64,000 bases of DNA from NCBI GenBank assembly GCA_043228905.1, contig JBHGNT010000002.1:15314001-15378000 (forward strand), given 5' to 3'. Made by a program: the position numbers and the translations under genes. The stretch is from Azolla caroliniana. Its lineage: Eukaryota; Plantae; Polypodiophyta. Positions 32,470-44,517 of the stretch are shown here, in pieces (within the stretch, counting starts at the first letter, position 1; each line of letters begins with the position of its first letter). The notes under the pieces were generated by a model. That model did not search any database, was not told the origin of the DNA, and worked only from the letters and a program-made list of their open reading frames with translations.

Positions 32470-33925
32470 ATAACGTTCATCAACGACTTTCTCCAGACAT
32501 AGGCGTTCCCATCAAGGATCTGATTCTCCTCTATTGTGACAATATGAGTAGCATTCACCTAGCTTGGAACGCCATCCTCCACGCTCAGACCATCACTTCA
32601 TCCGAGAGCATGTTTTGGGAAGAGATGTCGACCTACCACACATCAGCAAGAATCTGCTCATGGCCAACAACTTTACCAAGGCCCTAGGTCTTTCGACCGT
32701 CGACCAACAGAGCTTGAGGGGGAGCAGGAATCTTGAACAAGAATCTCAAAGATCGAACCGAACCAACTTTGATTGGACACGAGAGGTAAGTACACCTCCC
32801 GAGCTTTCAAACAGTACCTATCCGACAAAGGGATCAGACATCGAAAGACCGCTCCATACACACCCATGCAGAATGGAGAGTGGCTGAATGGATGAACAAA
32901 AAAATCCAAGAGAGGGTGACGGAAATGCTCTAATAAGCCGAACTAAAGCTGGAGTTCTGGGCCGAAGCATTGTAGACGGCGGTATATCTGATCAACCTAT
33001 CGCTGTCAAAAGCAATCAGGCTCGAAGTGCCACAGGCACTATGGTCGGGAGTAAAGGAGAAAAGGAGTAAGTTGGCACCCCATGCAACGAAATGCATATT
33101 TCTTGGTTATGGAACCAATGGGGAATTCGGCTATAGACTGTGGGACCTAGAGAACCGGACATTGATCCGTAGTACTGACGTAGTCTTCAATGAAGACTCT
33201 ATCCTCTGTAAGCTGAGCCAGCAGAAAATAGTTGGTAAAAAGGTATCCTTCGAAATCAATAGAGATGGCGTAGAAGGACCGTACCACTAGGCCGAATCGG
33301 AGATTCGACAACTAGTTGAACTTGAAGACAAAGCCATCAAAGGCAAAGCCGAAGCGAAAAGAATCAAAAAAGGCAAAGTCGACAAGGTGTAAGTCGGAAT
33401 CGACAGAGTTCGACCCGACTAAAAACACCCAAGGCTAAGTCCCCTACCTCGAATTTAATCAATCCCGAAGAAGGGGAGGATGAAGTGACATCGCTGAACT
33501 CCTATTCCAAGGGCAAGTCATACAATAGGACTCTTGACATAAGTGGTTCAACAAATATTTATCGACCGACAGAGCCGATCGAAGGATCCGAACCGATCAC
33601 TTCGGCACCCAGGATATTTGGACAAGTTCGAAGGCTAACAGAGTTCTATCAACTAGGCCTCGACTATGTCATCTACACCGATGCAGGCAAACCAAGCACA
33701 TTCGAAGAAGCTATAGCCGCATCGGACTCTGATACATGGCTACAAGCTATGCAATCCGAGTTGGACTCGATATGACACAATCAAACATGGGATCTGGTCG
33801 AACTACCAGCAGGAAGGAAGCCACTAATTGCAAATTGGTCTTCCAGGAACAAATATGTATCTGACTCTAAGATACCCAAATCCAAAGCTCCGCTTGTTGC
33901 AAAGGGATTCAAACAAAAACACAGG
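32470..33925 (+). mobile_element. Mosaic of degenerate Copia fragments (RNase H end plus PPT, then integrase and RT start)
   Basis: YCDNMSSIHLA...FTKALG and GAGCTTGAGGGGGAG (~32710-32724), followed by YTP.QNG, FWAEA, KCIFLGYG and TWDLVELP. Confidence 0.8.
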
Positions 33926-34134
33926 GTCAAAAAGAGGCAAGACCACGGGGGTCTCGGACCAAGGAGCCCGTGAGAGTAGGAAGGTTCTCCGGATCGGTAA
34001 GAAGATGAGCACACGGACTCCCTCGCTCAGACACACAACACGACAGGAATACACCGAAGACAAGACGAATTAACGATTAAAAGAAGAAACGGGAAGAGAT
34101 TCCAACTGGCCGTGGCCGACAAAAGAGCTTCGAG

Positions 34135-34228
34135 CTGACTATAAACACGCATAGACACTAGCAAGCCTCCGATCTGACTATAAACACGCACAGACACTAG
34201 CAAGCCTCCGATCTGACTATAAACACCC
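34135..34228. repeat. 39-bp tandem repeat (about 2.4 copies)
   Basis: CTGACTATAAACACGCA.AGACACTAGCAAGCCTCCGAT starts at 34135 and 34174, with a partial copy at 34213. Confidence 0.85.
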
Positions 34229-37224
34229 AGTCACCTTACTCGATCTTCTTTGGCCAGAACCTGTGTGTCCGGTCGAACCGGCCCTTGTTCTTCTTCCGCA
34301 CCGTCTTTAGATTTGCCTTTGCTCTTTCCACGTCCTCCGGCCTCCGCTCAAGTTGCCAGATCATTGCCTAGTCGACCGCCATCCACGAAGAGATTGTCTG
34401 ATCCACCGGGATGATTGGCTTCTGCCTGAACATAATATCCACCAGTATGTACCCAGTTACCGAACTATACGTAGTTTGGTCGGCCCATAACATATAAGGA
34501 AGTAGTCTCGGCCAGTTCCGGACTCGTCTGTCGCATGCTCGCACCAATGCTTTCACAATAGGCCCGTGCCCACACTCGATTTTCCCATTGGCTTCCAGAT
34601 TGTAAGCGTAGTGAGGGAGAGCTTTACCCCTAGCTGGTCAAATAGCTCCTCAGCTTCCAGCGTGTCCAACTCCCCTCGATTGGCTACAATCTTCCGTACG
34701 CAAGTACTAGCAGATCACATCTTCGAACAGGAACCGCCATACCGTGACAGTTGGTTTGGTCGTTAAGGCCCGACCCTCCACCTGGTTCGTCAAATCTTCT
34801 TTTGCAACCACGAAGTACCTCATTTGTCCTACCTTCCTGACTCGTCCATCGCATGCTCGCACCAATGCTTTCACAATCGGCCCGTGCCCACACTCGATTT
34901 TCCCATTAGCTTTCAGATTGTAAGCGTAGTGAGGGAGAGATGTACCCCTAGCCGGTCAAATAGCTCCTCAGCTTCCAGCGCGTCCAACTCCCCTCGATCG
35001 GCTACAATCTTCCCCAAGCAAGTACTAGCAAATCACATCTTCGATCAGGAACCGGCATACCGCGATAGTTGTCTTGGTCGTTAAGGCCCGACCCTCCACC
35101 TGGTTTGTCAAATCTTCTCTTGCAACTACCAGGTACCTCATATGTCCTACCCCCATCGGCATCAACACTAAGTTGAGCATCCACTTGAAGTGTATGGTTG
35201 GCGGGTAGGTCGTGTGTAACTTGTCTCGGTGCCGAATTTCGGAATGCATCTGACAACTTTCGCAAGTCCTCACGAAGTGATGCACGTCGCGATACATCCC
35301 CGGCTAGTAGTACTCCTCGTTGTCGCTCGCGTAGTACCGTCACACCGAACCAGATGGGGAACCTCATGCCGGCCTCGTCGTCATGATTGATCACCCATCC
35401 GATTCTGGTTGGGCTCGTGTCCACCGTCATGAAAACCAGAGTGCCCTTCTTGTATGCCACTTTCTGGAGAGCTGGTGTCGTCATTAGCTTTTCCTTCGGT
35501 CTCCGAATCACCTCCATGTGCTCGTTGCTCCATTTGAATTTTCGACCTTTCTTTAGCAAGCCATAGAGCGGCTCGACAATATGTGCGTAGTGCAAAATCC
35601 AAATGTGGTAGAAGGTGCACGTCCCTAGGAACCGTTGGACTTCTGCGACCAACCGATACTCTTCCTTCATCACCGAGAAGGCGTCTACCTTCGGCAGAGA
35701 TAGTCTCCAGCCATATGGCCCGCATAGGTCATTGACTACTAGGATCTCTAATTGTCTGTAAGCCCATTTCTCCCCGGAGAAGGTAAGTCGAGCGCCCTCA
35801 AGGCTCTGCAGTCGGAGATGTGGTTCACGAAAAATCCTAGGCATCCGTCCGCCACGATCGACTCATCTTTCGCATCCTCCGAACATCCCTTGATCAGGAT
35901 GTCATCCAAAAATGGCAAGGTGATGTTCGGGATGCAGTCCTTCAACACCTTGTTCATCGCATTCACCATGTGCGCCATCGAATTGGTTCCCCCTTGCAGT
36001 AGGGTTTGCATTGTCATGATGTCTCTACTCTCCACAGCGAGCTGGAACTGGTCATACCCAGAGTATAAGTCGTTGACCAAGTAGATAGACCTTCCAGCGA
36101 AGGCCTCCACAAACTCGTCGATCGTCGGACCGACTCCTTCATTTCGAATGGTCACCTTGTTAACCTAATGCATGTCCTTAATAAAGCGCAGTCTGTTGTT
36201 CTCTTCGGCATCGTAAACCATTGATTCGAGTATGGGGCACTTGACAGCTCAAGGATACCCATATTGACCTTCTCCTTGAGCAGCTCCATCAACTTCGGGA
36301 TGTGAGCTCTCAGTACCGGAATCGGTTTGAGGTTCCACAGTACATGCGACATTGTGAAGATCACCATCGGTTCTATGATTGTTGGGTCGACGCACCCGAT
36401 CTCCCCCTACGAGAACGTTGTCGCGTTGTTACGCGCATGCGTGGGGAACGAGGCGGGACCACGGGGGCCTTGGACCGAGAAATAACCGAATGAGAAGAGG
36501 GGAAGGAAACTACCGATGTACTTCACACGCGAACAGGCACACAGATTCACAGGAGTTGCAACTAACTCTAAACAATGGAGACAAAACGAATGTATATGTA
36601 TATATAAATCAAGGGGTTACAATTGGCATGCCGGCGAGTGGTAGGCTCCAATGCCTGCACACACACACACACAGAACGCGAGATGGAGACTTTGCCGGAA
36701 GCACTCAGGCGTTCCGCAGAGTAGGGTCAGCCTCCCGAAATCCTGCACAGAACGACTATTGAGACGACAGAGGAGAAGAGCTCGGTTTTGTTAATCCTTA
36801 GGGCCGGACAACAACCTAACACAGGGTGTCCACTTAAGACACTTCACCAAAGGGTGTTACTGCGAGATAACTTACGACACAACGCTTAATTGGACCTTAA
36901 TCGGTTACTTAGCAATACATCATTAACATGCGTAAGATATACAATAAGCACAAAACAGTGAACAATACTCAATGATTAAACAAAAGGTTTATATTACTCT
37001 CCGTTAATGACTACATTATAACCGGGCCTTTATATAGGTCACCGGTGCGAAGTACAAAACGGTGCCAATCGGCACCTTTTCGGGATCGGTCCGGATCCGG
37101 ATCGGCATACCGATTCCAGTCCATCCGTCCACATCTTCTCATATATTAAGACTAGTAATTTCAACAGATTCCTAAATAACAATTCCTCTTTTCACACCCT
37201 GGTCTTTGCCGGCCGGGTAACACA

Positions 37225-37265
37225 TGGCACACCTCTGGGACAGTACCTTGTACGTCGAATCCCAC
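37225..37265 (-). other. tRNA-Arg 3'-half-like motif in place of a PPT (A2, three substitutions and a 1-nt longer loop)
   Basis: The minus strand reads GTGGG-attcgacgtacaaggtactgt-CCCAG-AGGTGTGCCA, then TG, then the LTR. Confidence 0.75.
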
Positions 37266-40200
37266 ACCGGCCCGTTACTCTTCGTTCAAGATATCCAGGA
37301 TGCTTTGCTCCAGGGTCTCCAGTGGTTCTACGAGAATCTGTTGTGGCTGCTGTTGCTGCAGATGCTGTTGCTGCGACTGCTCGGATTGTGGTTGGGGTTG
37401 CTTCTCCGTTTGTGGCTCCGACTCTGGCTGCGGCTTCGATGGTTGCTCTGGCACCTTCCTTCGTTGTTTCCTCCGTCGGAGTTGTCTCTAGTTGACTTAC
37501 CCCGGCATGGTCTCCGTCTGGTCCTTGTACCGGCGACGGTTCCTCATCACTGAGGTTGACCGTTGCCGCCTGCCTTGCTTTTTCTTCCCTAAGCCGGGAC
37601 CGCTCATAGCTCTCAAACTGGATTTGAGCATCCATCCGATCGTCGTCCAGTTGAGCTATGAGTTGTCGGACCTGTACCAATTGCTCATCCGCCAAAGCTG
37701 TAAAATCTTCTGCCAGCTCATCCTTTATGGCGGTGAAGTCCTCCAATGTGAGCATGTAACAGTCGTCACCTTCCTTCCGACGGTTTTCGGCGTCCGCCCT
37801 GAGCAACTGGAGTTCAGTCATATTCTACACCCATTTCATCCACCATCGCACGGAGCTCTTGTCAATCAAGCATTTGGTCTTGTTTAGCCATGACCGGAGG
37901 ATGCACTGGATCCGTTCCATTCCCATCTGTGATTTGTTCTCCGCGGCTTGTCGCTCCTCTTTCAATTGCTTGATGATTCTGACCGTTTCCGCCTCCTGCT
38001 CCCTATAATGCGACAATTGACTTTGATAGGTTGTTTGCAACCTCTGTAACACCATTGTCGCCCTCTCCTTTTCTTCATTGTGCTGCTTGTGGAGCTCCAT
38101 CCGGTCCCTCACCGCTTCCTCCAATAGCTTTGTATTCTCAGCCCGTTCGTCGGCGAGTGCCGTTGTGGCCCTATAAACTTCCTGCCGGAGCTCGGCCATC
38201 CTTTCCTGCTATTCCTTATACTCCGTGTCCAATCTCATAAAGTTCTGGTGCAGGTGGTCGAAGTCCTCTGTCTTCTGCTTCAGCCTCTGGTTGATTTGCC
38301 GGCAAGCGCGGTCTTCCCGGTCCTTTTGTTGACGGAGTTCTTCTTTCAGCCTTTCGATTTCCGTTTACGCAATCCGTCGCAGCTTGTCCTTCTCCTGCAA
38401 CAATTTTTCTTTTTCCTCCTTTAGCCGGTCGTAAGCTTGATGCCCTTTCCATAGATTTTCTTCTGCCCGACGGAGGTTTTCAACAATCTTCCTTAACTCC
38501 TCTTCTGCCGCTTTCTTCAAATCTCGTTCGCGGCTCTGTAGTGCTTCTTGTGCGGCAAGTTCGTCCCTTAATTCGGCAAGCTCTTGGGCTTGCGCCGCAT
38601 CTTTCTCCGGGACGGTTTCTGTCTCCGAGGTCTTATTCGTATGTACAGGCATGGTTGTTTCTTTATTCTATACATCCACCGGAATCACCGGTGCTTGGAT
38701 CTGTGTTGTGGTTAAGGCCATTTTGGCCATTTCATCTTTGACCCGATCCAAGTCTTGTTCAAGGCACTGGATCCTTGAACGAGCCATCTCTAGTTCATCG
38801 GTTGTGACTAGCAACCGTTCCATCTGTGCTCGCTCTTCCATTTCTACATACAGTATCACTCCAGCAACCTACTCTCCTATCCACCGGAGCCATTGGTTGT
38901 CGTTACCCTGTTGTTGCGTCTGCACGGAGTGTTGGCTGATGGGTTCACTTGCCAGTGGCCGGTCCCACCTAACTGCGTCGAGTTGCACTTCCTGCTCTAC
39001 CTACTGACCACTTTGTCGTTCGGGTTCCGATTGTGTTTCGGCTTGCTTGCGTGTCGGAGCTTGCCGGTATTGCCTATTGTGCAGGGGTTTCTGAGACTGG
39101 TTCCTCCCTTGGCGTGGGATTCTCAGTGTGGGGTAAAGGCGTTCCATCCTTCTGTGGGTCCGAACGCTTCCTGGCTGATTCTGCGGTGCTCGTCGTCAGC
39201 CGCCGCTGGAGGTGCTCCGTAGGTTCTTCCTCTGTTTCCTTCTCCTGAGTCCTGGCATTCATTGTTGCCGCTAGGGTGTTCGTTTCTTGCCGCACCGGTC
39301 GGCGGATTGTGCTCTTCAGGGGCCGTGCCGGTGTCTCCTCCTGCGTATCCGTTGGCTGCTTCCGGATGGCGCGCTCCTTCGCCGCCTGCTCCGTGTCGGC
39401 TGTCTTCCCCTTAGTGATCTTGGTGGCCAACAGTTGTTGTCATTTTGAAGCAGCTTTTGGGGTGCTGTCCGTTGCTCTTCCCTGCTTCTTGGTCTAGACG
39501 GGCTCGACAGGTGGCGCCAATAGGGTGAGCCATTGCGCCACCGCATGCCATATTTTGCGGCCTTCTTTGGCTTCCTTTCCTCTTACGGTGTCAATAGCCG
39601 CACACAATCCGTCGGCGATCAGCATCAGCCAATCCACCTTGACCCCTTCGTATGTTGCAATGATCAAGCCTGCTCGGTTCTGAGGCATGACGGGGGGTCG
39701 AGGGTATACGTGTCCAAACTCATGGAGTACACGGGCAATTTCTCGGAATAACATATCTTCTCCGCCCTATGTCCTATAGCCCTTGCTGGCCAGAGAGTAC
39801 TCGTCGAAGTATTTGATGAGCCGTTCGGAGGTAGGGTTGTCAATCGTATAGATGCCCCCCTCTGGAAGGTCTGTTAGTGCACGAATCGCTTCCTCCGTGA
39901 TCAGCTCGGTGTCAATTTCTTTGATGATCTTGTCGGCTTCTCTGTGTGGTGGGGCTTCCATGATTGTGAGGAACCCCTCCAATCCGTGTTGTCGTAGCCA
40001 TTTCTTGGCGGCCTCAGAGAGAGTCTGGCAGTCCATGTCTACGTCGAGGTCGGACAGCGTTGGTGAGGGTTGTGTATGAGGAAGCTCTATGTGAGGAAGC
40101 TCTGTGTATGTTGGCTCTCTTCTGATGATCTTCAAGCCCCTGTGTGCATCTGTGCTCCTTGGTTCGCGAAAGAAGGTCTCGATGCGGGGAGCGTTTTCTC

Positions 40201-43200
40201 TCTGCATCTTGGCACCTTTTTCGAGCCTACGCATGTGCAGGTCGTGTACTATAATAGCATTACGTGCCATGTGGCGGTGGTTTAATGCCCTATTCATAGC
40301 CTCCTCGTACCTTTTCAAAGTGCCTCTTTACTCCTCGTTTCCATGGTCGTTCCCATCACTCCTTTGCATGATTTCTTTGATTCGTTTCGGTTTTTTTTTT
40401 GTTTTTATTAATATCAATTGTTATGTTAATTCACTTCTGGTCCTATCGGACCCTTACCCGAATGAGGAATCTTGCCGGCCTCGTGATGGTTTGCCGTCCT
40501 CTTATCCAACCCATCTGTCGGCTCTTTGTCCCCCTTACCGGCTTCATTGTTGACGATTGCTAATCGGGTTGCCGCTGTTTCCGGTATTCCGGTATCTGGT
40601 GCGGCATCGGCCTTCCCTTGTTCAAATGGGTTCCTCGGCATGGGTCCCTTGTATGGCTTTAGTCGAAATCCGTTGACCCACTTACCCAGGACTTCGCCGG
40701 CAAGTGTCCCTAACTGGTAGGATCCATTGAACTCGCGTGTGATCCAGTACGGTCCGGTCCACCGAAACCGTAGTTTCCCTGGCATTTTTCCCATCCGGGT
40801 CTGGAACACTAGTACTGGCTTGCCGATTCCAAACATCTTTTCATTTCCTTTTCGGTGGCAATCCACAAACGCCTTTCTTCGCCGCTGCTCCAATTCCAGG
40901 TGCATGATACTCACTAGTCGGTGTTCTTCTAGTTCACACAGAGCCGCTAACAGAATTGCCTCCGATTCCTTTTCGTTTAACCGTTCCCTAATCTGAATCT
41001 GTAAGCTTGGGATCTGGAACTCTACTGGCATGACGGCCTCCAATCCGAATGCTAGCCGGAACGGTGTGGTTTGGATGCTTGTTTTGTAGGTTGTCCGGTA
41101 AGCCCAAAGTGTGTTGTGCAACTTCGTATCACAGTCTGTTCGGTTTACGTTGACGATTTTCCGAAGGATATTCTGTAGCATTTTGTTTGTCGACTCGGCT
41201 AGCCCGTTTGCTTGCGGATAGTATGACGTGCTCCGTTTATGCACCACGGCATAGAACGACGTCAAGCTTTCCACCACTTGGATGAGGAAGTGCCCTCCTT
41301 GGTCACTTATTAGCTCGATCGGGCATCCATACCTGCACCAGATGTATTCATACAAGAATTTCGCCATCGACGCCGCGGTGTTGTCGCGCAAGGCTTTGGC
41401 TTCTACCCATTTCGTGCAGTAATCCATAGCGACAATTACATACCGGTTGCCGGTTCGCATCGCCGGCGGTTTAAATGGACCCACAAAATCCAGCCCCCAT
41501 TTTTGAAATGGTTCTAACGGCAATACTGGCTGGTGCGGCATCCTAGCTTGTTCGGTTGGCTGGCCCATTCACTGACATAGATCGCATTCTTTAGCGTACC
41601 GGACCGCGTCTTTCAATGTTGTCGGCCACCATAGGCCACTCTGCTATATCTTCCTTGCCGTAGCCTCTCCGGCGTAATGGCCTCCGGCGACTCCGCAGTG
41701 TGCTTCTCGTAGTATTATATCCTTCTCATCGCTGCGCACCGCCCATCGCCATATACTGTCCACGCCTTTGTGGTATAGCGTGTCCCATAGTAAACAGAAG
41801 TGCCGGCTTTGTACCGCCAGGCATTTCCTCTTGTCCCGGTTCAACTCGTCCGGAGGCAATCCGGTGCTCAAAAATTGTTGCATATTCGTCAGCCACTTAT
41901 CTTCTTGTGCCACCGTTTCATCTGTTTCCGTTTCCGTAGTGACTCGAAATAGCTCAGCATCCGGAAACTCGTCCGGGACTCCGTCACCAGTCTCGCCGGA
42001 ATCTAACCGGCTCAAATTGTCTGCTACTACGTGCTGTATGCCGGGTCGGTGGAATATTTCGAACTCAAATTCCTGCAACAGTAACGTCCACCGTGCCAAC
42101 TTACCGGTTAGTGACGCTTTGGAAACTAAATAGAGGAGTGCCGAATGATCTACGTGGAAGGAAAATTTCCTTCCCAGCAAATAATGTCTGAACTTTGTCA
42201 CGTTGTAGATCATGCCCAAAGCTTCCCTTTCCGTGGTGGAATAATTTCGTTCTGCTTGGGATAACTTTCGGCTTGCGTAATATACGGGTCGGCACCACCT
42301 TGGCTCCGTAAGTTGCATCAGCACACTTCCGATTGCAATGTCGGACGCATCCACGAACACATGAAACTCCTTAGCCCAATCCGGGGGTTGCACTACCGGC
42401 GCTTGCGACAATAGTATTTTGAGTGCCCGGTATGCCTTGTCTTCGATGTCCGTCCACTGGAATGGTGTTTGGTGTACCGCAACATGCAGTGGTGTAGCTA
42501 GGTCCGCCAGATACCGGAGCATTCGGCTATGCCACCGAATTTGGCCTAAGAAATGGCTTAATGCTTTGGCGGTTGTTGGTGTCAGTGCCTCCAAGATTGC
42601 TTTTACTTTGTCTGGGTCCACGACAATTCCTTCCTTGCTCACAATGTGTCCTAATAGCACCCCGCTTGACACTCCGAATACACATTTTGCCGGATTCAAG
42701 CTTAGTCGGTAAGCCCGACATTTCTCTAGACACAGTCGGAGGTGCTGAAAGTGATCTCCTTCCTGGCTATAGACAGCGAAGTCATCCAGAAACACCTGCA
42801 TGAATGCCGGTATGAACTCTCCGAATATTTCCATGATGATCCTCTAGAACGTTGCCAGCACCGTTTTTAGTCCGAACATCATTACTACGGCAACAAACAC
42901 TCCCCATTCGGTGACGAAAGTTGTTTTCTCCTGGTCATCGGGGTGCATCTGGATCTGGTTGTATCCGTTGAATCCGTCTAAGAAACTATATACCTCATGG
43001 CTGGCGACTGCATCCAAAACTCCATCCGTAAATGGGAGTGGGAATGCATTTGTTACCGTTGCCGCATTAAGCTTACAGTAGTCGACACAAACTCTAATTT
43101 TGCCGTTTTTCTTTGGTACGACTACTATCGGGCTCAGCCATGTAGATTTCTTTATTGGGCGGATAAAGCCAACCCTCAGCAACTTGTCGATTTCCTCCTT

Positions 43201-43231
43201 GACTTTGGCGGCGTAATTTGGATTCATCCGG

Positions 43232-44517
43232 TGTCGCAGAAATACGACGAGGATACGTGAACGTTGAGGCAGGACCCCGGGGCCTCTAACCAGAAGATAT
43301 CAAATTCGTATGTTTATATTAAACAATTAATGGAAAATGAGAAAGATTGACAAATTTCATTAACAAATAGAGAAGAAAAATTACAATCAATCCCAAGATT
43401 GGGATTACAAAAGTTTTATCTTAAGGAGATTCCTAGAATAATAGATTAGAGGAAATAAGAGATTATGATTCTTGAGTTATATGGCTTTGATACGGAATTT
43501 TGGATTTTGAGAGATATGGCTTCCGTAGGGAAATTTTAGGGTTTATGGCTTCCGTAAGGAAATTAGGGTTTTTGAGTGTTATGGCTTCCGTAGGGAAAAT
43601 TAGGGTTTTTGAGTGTTATGGCTTCTCTAGGGAAGATTAGGGTTTTTTGAGTGTTATGGCTTCCGTAGGGAAGATTAGGATTTTTGACTGTTATGGCTTC
43701 CGTAGGGAAGATTAGGGTTTTTGAGTGTTATGGCTTCCGTCGGGAATTTAGGAATTATGAGAGTTATGGCTTCCCTAAGATAAGGGAGCTAAGAAGGAAA
43801 AGAAAAATTATATAATATGGAGAGCGTCCAAGTATAGGAAAAAAATGGAATATATATGGTGTTCCCTGTTGCATGGCCTCTACTTTTTGTTGCATGGCCT
43901 CTACTTTTAGTTGCATAGCTTCTTCTTTTAGTTGCATGGCTTTTTCTTTTAGTTGCATGCGACCATCCACATGACCTTTACTTTTTGCATGCACTCCAAC
44001 TTTAGTTGCTTGCGTCCACATGGCCTTTACTTTAGTTCTCTTCACTTCACTTTAGTTTGTTGCATGATCCAATCTTTCGTATGTCCGCGTCCAACCTCGT
44101 CCGGTAGCCGGTTCCGCCCGATCGCCGAATCCCTCGCCGGCTGGTTCCATTTTGGTTGTCGGCCGGTTGCGGTTCCGATTTTGCTTGCCGGCCGATTCTG
44201 GTTCCGATTTTGTTTGCCGACCGGTTCCATCAAGACAAAGTGGCCAAAGTGCTCTTAGGACAAATGAAAAATGAGGAAGCTCATGGTACTTATATAGCCA
44301 GGGCCTTAACTTTCCTATCTATGTGGGATAGTTCTAATTTCCTTGTCTTCTCAAACTTTATTTTCACATAACTTGATATGTATTTCTCCATTTTGTATAT
44401 AGTAAAATACGTTTTGAAGCTCTTGAGTATATCCATCTTTCTATAGTAAGCTACTAATCTAATCTATAATAATTATTTCATTATTTTTTTACATAGTGTG
44501 TGAAGATTCACACGACA
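43232..44517 (-). repeat. Solo LTR (family E, 1286 bp) inserted at the start of A2 RT
   Basis: TGTCG...CGACA termini, 4-bp TSD CCGG (43228-43231 / 44518-44521), ~38-bp telobox-containing tandem repeats, and homology to 53395-54407. Confidence 0.9.

Noticed and set aside
43514-43760. Interstitial telomere
   Set aside because: These are single TAGGGTTT words inside 38-bp units, not contiguous TTTAGGG arrays.
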